Source: Chlorokybus atmophyticus
Lineage: Eukaryota > Plantae > Mesostigma and Chlorokybus algae
Length of the DNA: 64,000 nt
Reading direction: 5' to 3'
NCBI GenBank assembly: GCA_009103225.1
Contig: RHPI01000773.1
Coordinates: forward strand, 396,003 to 460,002
Positions within the stretch are counted from its first letter, which is position 1. Every line of letters starts with the position of its first letter. The translations under genes were made by a program, and so were the position numbers. The notes beneath the pieces were generated by a model. That model searched no databases and was not told where the DNA came from. It saw nothing but the letters and a program-made list of their open reading frames with translations. Of this stretch, positions 1 to 13,127 are shown one piece after another.

Positions 1-59
1 TGCGAATGCGTCTGCGTGCACACGTGTGTGCGCATACGTGTGAGCGTGGATGTGTGTAC

Positions 60-1296
60 CTGTCGCGGTGATTTCACCCAGGGGTATCTCCACCATGCCC
101 TGAAAACTCCTTGTCAGCCCCTGCACGGGGACACTTGTTGGCCTACCATCCTCGCACATGTCGCACACTGTCTTGTGATGCAGCGTGGCATTTTGTAGTG
201 TAGTGTGTTATAAGTGCAACGTATGTATGCAAGATTTTGTTCGCTGTGCAATGTGGTAACCCCTTGATTGTACACTCACTACTACAACGACATGCAACTG
301 CTGCTCTCACCTTTTCCCACACCTCCACCCTCAAGACCGCCCCCTCCCCCTCCCCTTCGTCTTTATCACCACCATCCTTGTCCTCCTCCCCCTCCTCCTC
401 CCCCTCCTCCCCCATGGCCCCCGCCTCGTCCACCACCTTGAAGTCGAACACCGCGTCCCACGCGATGACGGTGCTAGAGTTGTTGGTGGAGTTGCTGCTG
501 CTGGTGGTGGTGGTGGAGGTGGGAATGGTGTTGCCGGGACGTGTGCGGGCGCGCTGCCCGCAGGCTTTGAACTTCACGTAGACCTGAGAGATGGGGAGGA
601 GTGGAGGTGGGTGGGACTCAGTACAAGTCACAGGTTGGGGGGGGGGGGGGGGGGGGGGGGGNNNNNNNNNNNNNNNNNNNNNNNNNNNNNNNNNNNNNNN
701 NNNNNNNNNNNNNNNNNNNNNNNNNNNNNNNNNNNNNNNNNNNNNNNNNNNNNNNNNNNNNNNNNNNNNNNNNNNNNNNNNNNNNNNNNNNNNNNNNNNN
801 NNNNNNNNNNNNNNNNNNNNNNNNNNNNNGGGGGGGGGGGAGGGGGAGATGATTGGGTGTGGAGTGTATGCACCAACCAACAAATCAACAAGCACACAAC
901 CAGCAATCGACATGAGAGGGGAGTGAGAGTGAAAGTGCGAGTGCGAGTGCGCACACTCGCGCACAAAGCCCGCAAGTGTGACACCTGGCAGAAGACGCTG
1001 CTGCATACAGCTGGGTGTATACGAGTGTATGCAGTCAATTGACGACGTACTCAAAACTCAAAACGAAAACTACAGCGGCCCAAGTACACACACATGCACG
1101 AGTTATTGCGCATGTGTAACGTGATGTGAAGAGAATATTTATTGCCACACGCATGCAAAGTGTTCACATGTAGAATACAATCTACCTGTGGCGGGGTGTC
1201 ATTGAGCTTCAACAGTATGTTCCGCTTATCCGGCAGTCCCCTCGCCTCACCGATCCAGACCCTCAGCCTCCTCACCGCCACCACCCCACCCTCCAT
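60..1296 (-). CDS. C2-domain protein, 5' part only; gene runs off the window start
   Basis: Exons 1296-1186 (MEGGVVAVRRLRVWIGEARGLP...PPQ), 583-311 (VYVKFKACGQRARTR...IAWDAVFDFKV...VLRVEVWEK) and 120-60 (GLTRSFQGMVEIPLGEITAT) join through GT-AG sites into a C2 beta-sandwich pattern. Start codon uncertain; an N gap lies in intron 1. Confidence 0.7.
662..829. other. Assembly gap (N run) flanked by poly-G. Other gaps: 7915-8349, 14464-14473, 31527-31812, 47366-47504, 62861-63026
   Basis: Runs of N seen directly; most are bordered by G or C homopolymers or G-rich sequence. Confidence 0.95.
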
Positions 1297-1724
1297 GCCG
1301 ACGACGACGACAGCGACAGCTACGCCTTCATCACCACATCCCCTCCGCCGCCGCTGCTGACGACGGCATGCCACGTGGCAACAATGGATGACACGGATAT
1401 ATGAATCTCTCAGCTGCTATATATCACATATACCAACGGAGCAGGTAGATATCGGAGTTTGGCACTACTATCAGCATACAGCGATATCACTATATATGGT
1501 TGATGTCGGGAGTTTGCCACGTGGCTGTCAGGCAGAGAGTTTTGGCCGCCTGCGGCGGCGGAGGTGGTGGCGGTGGCAGGGGAGGCGGGATGGAGGGTGG
1601 TGTGCGTGTTGAGGAATCAAGGTGGGGGTGGCGAGGTACGGGTGTTGGAGACGCGGTGAGGGAGGCGGCGGGGTCGGCTTACCTCACCACTCTGGTGCGC
1701 CCAACTAACTTTTGGTCTGTATAG

Positions 1725-4066
1725 ATGCTGGGTCAAGCGTGCAAGTGTTCATGTAAGTGGTTGATACTTACATGCAATGAATTTGCGTTTCGTCCTGTTT
1801 GAAGGGTGGGCTGGAGATTCTGGAGAACGTTGCGTACCACGCCACGCGTGCCATCATCCCCCCTCGCAAGGTGCAGTGTGGTACACGACACACAGAAGTG
1901 TTGATTAGGCATGCATGACTTATGACACACCTAAATACACACATACATGCACAATCGTTGTGTGTTGTGTCAACAACCGCGCTCCCAATGGGACACGCAA
2001 AGCAACATGCAGGTGGACGCAGCGCAGCAGCCATTGCCGGGAAGGGTATGCGTCGTCACAGGCAAGAGAATCATCAATGTGCCTGTATAGTACAGCATGG
2101 TTCCCCTCCACCCACACACTACCCACCCACACACAACCTGTCCAGGTGGCAACGCTGGCGTGGGTTTCGCCACCTGCCAGGCCCTCTACACCCGAGGCGC
2201 CCACGTCATCCTCGCCTGCAGGTGTATCTGCTGTGTCCACACATCACGAATACAAAAATACATACACGCATGCGCAGACACTTATGCGTGTGTATGCATG
2301 CGCTCGTAGCTGTACGTCATATGTGTACAGAATTTACACAAACGTACACCGTGTCATACACACTGCAGCATCTATTGCCTCAAGGTTGCTACACACCTAT
2401 AAAGCCTTCTTCCCTTGTACAGGTCAAAGGAGAGGGGAGAGGCAGCTGCATCAGCGCTGAGGGGTGGTGGCGATAGCGGTGATAACAATCACAACACACA
2501 TGGCAGTACACAACTCAGGGGCAGAGTCGAGACGATGCCGTTGGACTTGGCGTCCCTTGCAAGCGTACGCGGGTTCGCGCGCGCCATCGCCACAAGAGGA
2601 CTGCACGTTGACGGTGCGCGTGGTGTTGTTGTTGTTGGTGGTGGTGATGGTGTGGCAACGTATGTGAGTGTGTGTTGTTTGTTGGTGCAGTGTTGGTGAA
2701 CAATGCGGGCATCATGGCGCCGCTGCAGAGACAGGAGACCGCCGACGGCTTTGAGGCTCAATTTCAGGTCCTGCATCTTTGTGTATGTGTATATGTGTAT
2801 GCGTGTGTTATTCTGGCATTGATGACTTGTGTGTTTGTTCTACTTAACATACCAATGACGTACCAATAACAACAGGTGAATTACTTGAGCCACTTTTTGC
2901 TTACCAATCTGCTCACCAGCGCCAGAGTGAAAGCCCGACCGCGCCCGCAGAGTGGTGAGTTGTCATTGTCGCTCTCTGCATGCCTCCCCCGAACATATAC
3001 CAACAGTAGGAAGCATATGTATATGTATGCATACGAGCTGTGCACATGCATACACATACGTGTGCGCGTGTGCCCCTGTTTGTATCTGACGTGATGTGGT
3101 TGACGTGTGCGCACGCATACATCCACATGCGCACCTGTGTATGAGTGCGTGTGCGTGTGCGTGTGCGCCTGCGCCTGCGCCTGCGCGTTCGGGTGTATGA
3201 GTGTGGCTAATAGCGCACACGCGCGCACATCCGTACACGCACACGCACACGCGCCTACCGTCAGGCCCCATGCGCGTGGTGACCCTTACCTCCATGACCC
3301 ACCTCGGCGGCGCCATCGACTTCTCGGACATCCACAGTAACGTCAGATACCTCCCCTTCAAGGCGTACGCGCAGTCGAAGCTCGCGAACGTGCTGGCCGC
3401 AAGGGAGCTGCAGCGGCGGCATGCGGTGGAGGAAGTCGTGTCGGTGAGTGAGAGATGTTCTCGTTACATGATGGTGGAGGTGGAGGTGATGATGTTGGGG
3501 TTGCAGGTTGCGGTGCATCCGGGACTGGTGGACACGACGCTTGCGAGGTGTGCATGTGTGAATGCAGGAAAGATATCATTAGTGCGCGTGTGTGTATGGA
3601 TGTGCACGTGCGAGCGGCTACAGGCGTTTGTGCGTGCGTCTTTGCGAGCGCACCATGTCTCTTGTTCGAATGTCATACGTACAACATCGGTTGACAACAG
3701 GAATTACTTTCTGGACCGCACGCCGAGACCTCTTAGACCCGTGCTCCAGCGCTGCTTCTGGTTCCTCCTCCGCACCCCACAAGACGTAAGTGTCAATCCT
3801 CACTCTCGTCTTCAACACAACACCGTGCATGCATGCACACCACAGACCCACACGCACGCACGCACGCACGCACGCATGCACGCACCGTACTTCCTTCTCA
3901 GGCCGCCGAGGGCGTCCTCTTCGCCCTCACGGCCCCTCCCGCCGTCGTCGCGGGGTCGTACGTGGCGGACGGGCGCGTGGTCCCCGGGTCGAGGAGTTCA
4001 CACGACGCGGAGCTGGCGGGGAGGCTGTGGAGGGAGAGCTGCCTGTGGACGGGGGTGGGGGAGTGA
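1725..4066 (+). CDS. Classical short-chain dehydrogenase/reductase (retinol dehydrogenase/WWOX/Tic32-like), about 10 exons
   Basis: Spliced motifs: VCVVTG|GNAGVG (TGxxxGxG, intron 2062-2145), LDLASLASV, VLVNNAGIM, VNYLSHFLLT, catalytic YAQSK (~3365), VAVHPGLVDT, and C-terminal DAELAGRLWRES with stop at 4066. 5' end uncertain; first secure exon is 1805-1870. Confidence 0.9.
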
Positions 4067-6342
4067 GAGAAAGGGTGCGTGACCTACCTACTACTCTTCA
4101 AATGGCACGTAGGACGTTATTGAACATCGGGATGGAAGCGTGTAATCCTGTGAAGTATGTGGGTACGAACCATTTGAATATGGCGGGCTACGTACTGGTT
4201 TGTCCGGTACGTAGGTGCGCACATTCGTGCGGCACGCATACATTGAGGTGCATATGAACACACTCGCATGCACACACACGTTGTTGTCTGTTTGTGGTCG
4301 GCCCCTGCGCACACATGCGAGCGCGCACATGTGAGTGCACACGCGCCCGCTTAAACATTGACGCGCACGAGACACACGCACACAGGCTCGCGCGACAAGC
4401 ATCTACAAGCACGAACACCCGTGCGCGGGTGTCATGCGTGGCATTGGTATCCTGTTTCTTCCTCTCCTTCCTGCTATACTTCTTCCCGAAGCCACCAACG
4501 GCAATTGCAGGCATGATCACACACACAATGCGGCCCCCGTGCTTCCGCTCGCCCCACGCCACCGCCGCCCGTCTCCATAATCTTGCGGCTGCCCTCCAAA
4601 CGAGACTACATCCAGTAGGCACTTACATGTTGATCATCACTTGTGGGGATCAATGTTTTGGGGACCAGTGTTGTTTCATCTGTAGAATGTTGTCTAGTAG
4701 ACTCGCACGTAGCTTGGGTTGACTTGTACATAGCGGCATGAGTTGTTGTGTTTATTCCGATTGATAATGTGAGCCTTTGGGAATATTGCAAAGGCCAAGT
4801 CACATTGGTTGCTGTTTGTCGGTGCGCTAGTTTGAGTGTGTCGTGGTCATCATTGCTTTCGAGTGCAGTCATGCTTGCTGGTCAAGCATTAGAACAAAAT
4901 CACCATGTTCGGTGAAATCCACTGTGCAAACCGTCCAACTCTAGCAAACAATTATGCATGCCTAGTATTGAATGGCCAGTGCTAAATTAACTTGCAAAGC
5001 AACTTGTTCACCCCAAATCAGGTGTGGGGACACGGTGGTTCACTATACATGGGGGTAGTTCGCTGTGCGTGTGCGTGTGTGTATGTCATACCATAGCAGG
5101 GGATTTAATGTGGGATGTTGCAGCAAGCACGTGGTAACTGCTGCATATGTGTGCTTGCTTAGAGGGATTGGTGACAGACTGCATGTACTTTCGCACACCA
5201 CTTACTCTACTGTGTGATGTTATATCGGAGCTGACGAAGCACCGGGACTAAATCATAAATCGTAAGTCGTAAATCGTCCACAGGGTGACTGGTTCTATGC
5301 ATTGGCGATGAAGACGGCTGCGCGAGGAGTGCCTTCATGTTGTGTTGCAAATGTGTGTGCGAGGCGCATGGTGGCGGTGTTTAAAGTGCTGTTGTCGACC
5401 AGGTTGCCTTCCGTTGAATACATCACCATAATGGAGACAGCGTTAGGTTAAAGATGAGCAACCATTAATCAACGGCAAGCAGGTTGACTTAAAGACCACA
5501 CAACACCACCTTTCATGATTCCAATACAGGCAAGCTTCAATTTGTCAACATACAAGGCGGGCAGCACACTACGTAGTGCACAATGTACATACCGAATGCA
5601 TACGCAACCCAAACGTGACAGCATTCAACATGTGCAAACCAAGCGGGTGCAGCATGAGTCACTTGTACTGAAAGGGGTGTTGACCCCTCCTGGTTGCTGT
5701 ACTTCTCTTGTTGTTGTCATTGCATGCCCATGCGCGCATGTGTGTAGGCGTTCTGCATTTCAGCTTGGGGACGCTTCCCTTGTCATGTTGTTGTGTCCCT
5801 AGTGCGTGCTTTCGTGCTCGCTGTCTATATGTGCGTATGAGCGTGTGCTAAATGTTGGCATGCCAAATGCACAGTGATGTCCAAATACGTGCATGCGTGG
5901 TTGCGTGTATGAGTGTAGTAAAAAAAATGGCGTTCATGCGCAGACGATTAACTACTCATTTGCGTTCACGAACGCACGCACACACACACACATGTGCGCG
6001 GGCGCTGTGGCAGCTAGACGTCCCAGCATAGAAAGGTTATATCTTTCATTCACTCTGGTGCTGCTCTCGCGCCCCCTGCCCTTGCGCACATCGCCGCCGC
6101 CGCCGCCGCACGGGTGTGCGGACACCTTAACGAGAATGGCCGTTAAGCAGCTGGACTGGCTGCATTAAGGCTATTAAGACCAGAGGGGACGCAGAAGCGA
6201 CAGAAAAACGTGAAAAAGTGGCGACAAAGTCTTGCTGCAACCGTTGGCCTGGTGTTGTGGCCTGGCCTGGCCTGGCTTCAGGCCTGGTGTGGCCTGGTGG
6301 TTGTCAGGCCGGCGGTGGGCGGCGGCAGATTAGGGCGGCGGC

Positions 6343-9300
6343 ATGGCGGAGGAGGGGCGCTTTGACTTTGAGGCGGAGGACGAGGAGGAGGTTGTGGTGG
6401 CGGCGGCGCAGGAGGAGGAGGAGGATGAAGATGAGGAGGAGGAGTGGCGTGGGCGCCGGCGGCGAGGAGGAGGGGTTGCGGCGGCGGCGGCGGCGGGAAC
6501 CTTGTACGGGGCGTCCGGTTCGGGATCCGGCTCCGGGTACGCCACCAGGACCCGGGAGCAGCCGTCCTCCGGCCGCCCATCCGCCAGGCCATCTGCTGGT
6601 CCCGCCTCAGACCGGGACCGAGATTGGGACCGTGACCAGGACCGACATAGGGAGCGAGATAGGGCTTGGGAGCGGGACCAAGACCAGGACACAGACCCCA
6701 GGACGGGTTCGGGACGAGACCATGCTGCAGGCTCGTCAGGCGGCGGCGAGGATGGCTACGGCTATGCCGCCTATGGAGGATATGGGCCTGGTGCTGGTTA
6801 CGGTCATCCTGGTGGTCCTGGTTACGGTCCTTACGGGTACTGGGGCTACGGGGGTGGTCCTGGATACGGCCCTTGGGGCATGGGGATGCCAGCTGGTCCC
6901 GGGTTCGGCTATGGTGGTGGTCCTGCATATGGTCCTGATAGTGGGGGCTACAATGAGGATCCCAGGTCCTGGAAACGGCCTCGCCTAGGGGACGGCTTTG
7001 GGGGGATGGGTCCTGGACATGGACATGGCTCTGGACATGGTCCTGGCGCCTTTGGCATGACAGACAGACCCCGCAGCGATAATGGCAATGGCTCAGGTGT
7101 GGCTTTGTTGTTGGCAGTTGGTGTGGGCTGTGTGCTAACATCAATGTATTAGTGTATGTATTAGTGTGTGTATATATCACTGTATTACTGTATTAGTGTA
7201 TGTGATAATGTACTAGTCTATGCATGCATGCAAACGACTAGAGCGTTGTGTTTGCAAAATACAATCAGCGCATATTGCGTGTTGGTATTACGCTGATTGC
7301 ATGTGTCCGTGCAAACTCTGCACACGCTTTTGCTGAAATGCCAGTGGTATCAAAGCTTGTGATGGACATTGTTGCAGCAACAGCACACACGCACACGTAC
7401 ACGCATACGCACAGAAACACACGCACGCGAACGCGCATCTCACCTGCATGCGCACGCATGCTGTGCGTGTTCGGGATATTTTTGTTGTGCTGTCTTCGAG
7501 TACAACATATATGTATATACATTCCATCAACAACAACAACACACCATCATCTCACTCCGCAGACGCCCCTCCCACGCCAGCCTCCAACCCCACCCACACC
7601 AACCCCAACAACTCTTCCACCACCACCACCCTCCGTCCTCCCTTCTGGCGCACCCGCCTCTGCAAGCTCTTCGTCTCCCCCGACGGCTGCCCCTACGGCC
7701 CCCGCTGCAACTTCGCCCACGGCGACGAGGAGCTCGTCCGCAGCAGCGCCGACCTCAACAGCCCCGCCAACGCCAGCGCGCCGCCGCCGAAACTGTGTAA
7801 ACAGTTCCTCACGAACCCGAACGGGTGCCAGTATGGAGATAGGTGCCAGTTCTACCACGACTGGAACGCCAAAGTTGGTGAGTGGGGGTGGGTGGGTGGC
7901 GGGTGGGTTGGTGGNNNNNNNNNNNNNNNNNNNNNNNNNNNNNNNNNNNNNNNNNNNNNNNNNNNNNNNNNNNNNNNNNNNNNNNNNNNNNNNNNNNNNN
8001 NNNNNNNNNNNNNNNNNNNNNNNNNNNNNNNNNNNNNNNNNNNNNNNNNNNNNNNNNNNNNNNNNNNNNNNNNNNNNNNNNNNNNNNNNNNNNNNNNNNN
8101 NNNNNNNNNNNNNNNNNNNNNNNNNNNNNNNNNNNNNNNNNNNNNNNNNNNNNNNNNNNNNNNNNNNNNNNNNNNNNNNNNNNNNNNNNNNNNNNNNNNN
8201 NNNNNNNNNNNNNNNNNNNNNNNNNNNNNNNNNNNNNNNNNNNNNNNNNNNNNNNNNNNNNNNNNNNNNNNNNNNNNNNNNNNNNNNNNNNNNNNNNNNN
8301 NNNNNNNNNNNNNNNNNNNNNNNNNNNNNNNNNNNNNNNNNNNNNNNNNTGGGTGGGTGGGGCGTGTTGGTGGATGGGTGTGGGTGTGGGTGTGGATGCG
8401 GGTGCGTGTATGTGTGCGTTTGCGTTTGCGTGAGTGCGAGTGCCTGTGCGCACGCGCCTGTATGTGTGCACAAGTGCGTGAGTGTGAGTTGCAATTGTGC
8501 ATGCGTGCACGCGCGTACATGTGCGTCAGTGTGCATGCACATGCCCATGGGTGTGCGTGCGCCTGCGCGCATGCGTTGCTTAGTATCCATACTTGTTGAT
8601 TCATATTTGCATGCAATGCACTAAATTCTGCACAGCAGACACATCGTGCACAGCGAACTGCGTACCGTGTATCCCGCACATGCACGCAAAACACAACAAC
8701 AACACCCACATCCACCCACTTACCCCCCTGTCCTCACTCCTGCAGCCATGGAGAACGGTGCTCCCGGTCCGCTCGACCTCGCCGTTGGCCCTCCCACCAG
8801 TGCGGGCGCTCCCGTTGGCGCTGCTGGCGCGGGTGGCATGGGTGGCGGCGGTGCGGGCGGTGGCGCGGCCGGGAACAAGCCGTGGCAGCCAGCGGCTTGG
8901 AAGACCAAGATATGCGCGCAGTGGGAGGCGGGGAACTGCAGGTTCGGGGAGAAGTGCCGATTCGCGCACGGGCCGCAAGGTGAGGGGGTTGGTGTGTGTT
9001 TGTTTTTTTTTATTTGGGGTGTTTCTGTCCTGTTGCTATGAGATCTTGCTATGGGATCTTTGGTGTGGTGGCTGTGTTTGTTGTGACGGTGCTGTTGTGT
9101 GTGTCGCCTGCGGTAGGACTGCTGTATAACAGGCGCATGTAAAGTTTGCATATCGTTGATCAGATTTGTAGTGGTATTGTATATATATACATACGTTTGA
9201 CCAACCACTTGTACATGTTGTTTTATACACATACTCGCGAGTTGTCTAGTATATTGTGTGCGTTGTATATCAGGCCAGTTACTACAGATGCTATGAGTTG

Positions 9301-9764
9301 CTTGTGGAGTAGTGGTCGTGTGTTGCTCGTGTCTCTGCACGCACTTCAGTTGCTTCGTGCGCAAGTAAATTCTGAACTTGTGCGCAGATTTGCGCCAATT
9401 CGGCACTGGTCCCCCGCTCGAGCTACTGAACGAGCAAGGTTTCTACGCCGACGAGGCACAAGAGCATCCTCCTGCTCCCGTATCCCGATCCAACACCAAC
9501 GATACCAACAATAAAACCACCTCCCACATCGCCACCGCAAACCAACATAATCCACACAACCAACATCATCCGCAGCAATCTTATGCGCCTGCCAGGGTCC
9601 AAAGCAATCACCTTGATCAGCGAGATCGCTCGGGTTCGGCGAACTCGGGCAGCTTCGAAGGGCGGTATCGGGATCATCAGGATCATCAAGGGGTTGGCGC
9701 GGGGGCGGATGCCAATGGATATGTGGACGTGTCGATATTGAGTAGCAGTGCCTATGCAGACTGA
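6343..9764 (+). CDS. CCCH (C3H) zinc-finger RNA-binding protein with Gly/Tyr-rich and RD-repeat low-complexity N-terminus
   Basis: Exons 6343-7096, 7563-7877, ~8746-8979 and ~9389-9764. Fingers: RTRLCKLFVSPDGCPYGPRCNFAH, KLCKQFLTNPNGCQYGDRCQFYH, KTKICAQWEAGNCRFGEKCRFAH. The gap at 7915-8349 could hide an exon. Confidence 0.85.
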
Positions 9765-11072
9765 GATTGCTGGTAGACGAGGAAGGTTCTCTTGTATTAG
9801 TTAATGTTGGAAGCACAACACGACATGTGGCCTTGTGCAAAGGCTGTTGCACATGTACTAACAATGTAGCAACGCCTTTGCTAGGATGGCCATATGTTTT
9901 CTCTGTGGACCATGTGCGTGCGCGCGGGGCAAAAAGGCCCGTCGGGGGAAGGCGGGGGGAGGAGGGGGCAGACACGCATACAGTGTGATGAATGCGGTGT
10001 GCCTTGCATGCCTGACCCGCCTTGCATCTTTTGTACACGTGCATGCACACCCCCATGTGCGTGGATGCATGCGGACATGTGTGTGCGCATGCTCTATGGT
10101 CTGTGAGCATCATACGTGCACATGCACGCACTTGCGCAACAGCTGTACTCCAGTTGTATATATGTACATACCCTGGCAGCTGTTGCGTCTTACACCAGAG
10201 GCATGCCAGGTCGCACGCGCCTGGCTACCCCTATGCTGCGGCATAGGTTGCTCTTGTTGTGTTGTGTGTGTTGTGTCTTAGGTGTCAGTAGTACGAGTAG
10301 ATGGTACGTGTGGTGTGGGTGCTTGACCGGGGGGACACCATGCATGCATAGGACTGTACTGTATCGGTAGCAACCCACCCCGTAAGCCATGCCAAGCAGT
10401 GCAGGACGACAGGCGCGGCTATGGCCAGCACAAGCAGCACGAACTGCTGCAATGGCAGCTACCAGTGCGGGTACCGCAACTCCACCGGCTGCGTCGACTG
10501 AAGAGCGTGCGCGGGGAGCAGGCTGCGTGACAACGCAGCTTGCCCGTGCGAAGGACACAGCCACCCAACCCCACCGACCTGCACCCAGCCACCATGCCAC
10601 GCGCCACCGCCACAAGCAAGCAAAGGGCTGCCGAAGACAGCAGAAAAACGGAGCGGAGGGGCGAGGGTGATGCTGACGAGAGGAGGGAGGGGGAGTCCGT
10701 CTGCCTGTCGCTGTTGCTGCCTGCCTGACTGCCTGGCGCTATCGACCATGACTAACTGCCTAGCTGCTGGTTGTGCAGGTACTTGGCAGATGCTATGCAT
10801 GTCTAACGCGTTGGCGGTGTTAGTAGCGTTGGTAGTGAAGCTAGGATAGGTTAGCCCGGTGGTAAACTACTGAACAACAATGACTGCCTGCATGCTGTAT
10901 GTTGCCTACACTTGCATGTTCTTAGCATGTGCATACATACGCCACATCGTATGCACCCGCTTGAACACCCCACCCCTTTCCACACCACCACAACAACAAT
11001 ATAGATGCTGCCCTTCACCTGCCCGCCTCTCGCTCCTCTCTAGTTCCCGCCAGGTGGTGTGTCCTACTCCTC

Positions 11073-13127
11073 CTACTCCACAGCATACATCCTGTGCAGT
11101 TTCCCCACCACCTCCTCGACAACAGCGCGTGTGCTGTCCACGTCTCCGCCGGTATCGATGACGAAGTCGGCACGCTCTCTCTTGACCTCGTCAGGCGTCT
11201 GCCGCGCGTCGATCGCGAGGAACTTCTGCTCTGTCATGTTGGGGCGGGAGAGGACACGGGAACGCTGGAGGGGGAGGGGGGCGGAGACGACGGCGACAAA
11301 GTCCACCTGGAGGAGAGTGTGGGTGGGGGTGTCAATGGGTGTGGGTGTGGGTGCGTGCCTGTCTGGAAGTACGTGTGGGGCAAGTGGGCGCATATGCGCG
11401 CGCAAACATGCGCGTACGCGTACGTGTGTTGGCATGATTATCTACATGTGGATGCACGTGTGAGTGCATGTGTGCCGCGGCACGCATGTGCAAGTGTACA
11501 TGTCTGCATACCTGCACATATATGCATCTGGACTCCAACCCAATACCTGCTTTTGCATGCATGCATGCAAAGGCAGGTAATGGACTCCTCCACATATGTA
11601 CACACGCACTCACATGTGCATCACATGTGGTGTACAGCAACACGCGCACCCACCCCCAACATGCGCACGCCATGTACCCACCTGTTTCTCAGCGCCGGTT
11701 TCGTACAGCAGCGGTATGTCCAGCACCACCAGTCTGGCGCCGTCGCGGGCGTGCTCGTCGATGAAGCGCTCCCGCTCCTCGGACACGAGAGGGTGGACGA
11801 TGGCCTCGAGACGCTTCATCGCGGATTCGTCGCCGACCACGCGCTTGCTCAACTCAGCCCTGGACACCTGAGTATGGTAGTGTTTATGTATCTTGTCGAC
11901 ACCAGTAGCGGTTGGTATGGTAATGTTGTTGTACGCAATTTTGTGCGTGCGTATGGGAATGCCTGTGTCCCTGTGCGCACGTGCATGTGTGCGCACATAG
12001 CAACGAATCATGGGTCTGTGTATACATAGACATGTAACCATCGTCGCACGCCATGAGACCTAACCTTGTTGTCAATGACGGTGCCAGGGAAGGCGTCACC
12101 GACAGGGCCGACAGCGGCGCCATCGGTGTCATAGAGCTTGTGAACGATCTGGTCCGCATCACACACAGGCACGCCTTGCGCCTGTGCACGCAGTTTTTTG
12201 CAGATGAAGTAAGCTGATAGTTCGTGGCATGACTGTGGCTCAACCGGTATGTGTTTGGGGCTTTGTGTGATATATCGCTAAATGTGTGTACAATGGGCAC
12301 GCATGCATTCGTGTGAGTGCGCGCATGTATGTGTGAGCATGCAGGTGTGCTTGAGTGCGCATGTATGTACATGTCTTATCACATGCGTATGCACGACACG
12401 CATCACACCATAATGCTGTGTGGTAGAGCAAGCAGGCGGAGTTGTATGTTGCTGAAATGCACACTTGCGTGTGCGTGCAAGCATGTGTGCATGTAAGCGC
12501 GCGTGCGTGATATGCACACGCACCTGTGCACGTGCGCATATCTGGTGGTGGTGTGCACATGTGTTGATACGCTATGGTGAGTACATGTATTCAGCATTCT
12601 GTACCATACTATACCTATACATGCACTGATGTGGGAGAAGCACACTTAAAACTGAACATCAGCGCACTGCACACCACAACCACACCAACCACCTGGAACA
12701 TGGCGGCCACCGTGGACTTGCCCATGCCTATGCTGCCGGTGAGGCCGAGCACTATCGGTCTGTTGCCGGGGAGGCCGCCGCCAGCCAGGCCTGGCCGGAC
12801 ATCCCCATCATCACCGCCGCTGGTCATGCAGCGGCAGAGGCGTCCCAGGGCTAGCCTAGGACGCTGAGCCGAGGAGGGACTAGCCTCAACAACCGGGTTG
12901 GGACTGGCTAGAAGTAGCCAGCATGGCCGCCGCCGCCGCTGCTGTCTGAGCAGCAGCAGTGGCAGCGCCCTTCTAGCAGTGCTAGCGGCGGCGGCGGCGG
13001 CAGCGGCGGTGAAGGTGGACGCTGCTATTGCATGCAAAGGCATGGAGCGGCGGCGTCCAGCGCCGTAGGCACGGCCTGCCGCCGCCGCTGCCAATGCTTT
13101 GATTACGAAGCTGGTCAGTGAGAACAT
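11073..13127 (-). CDS. coaE: Dephospho-CoA kinase with probable N-terminal organellar transit peptide
   Basis: Four exons: P-loop [15 protein letters not shown] (to 12695), [14 protein letters not shown] (~12180-12066), [12 protein letters not shown]...[12 protein letters not shown] (11868-11683), and [15 protein letters not shown]...ADFVIDTG with stop at 11073. Ala/Arg/Ser-rich leader; start at 13127 or 13043. Confidence 0.93.

Noticed and set aside
640-845. Poly-G/poly-C runs at gap edges as G-quadruplex elements
   Set aside because: Their length cannot be trusted next to assembly gaps and may be a sequencing artefact.
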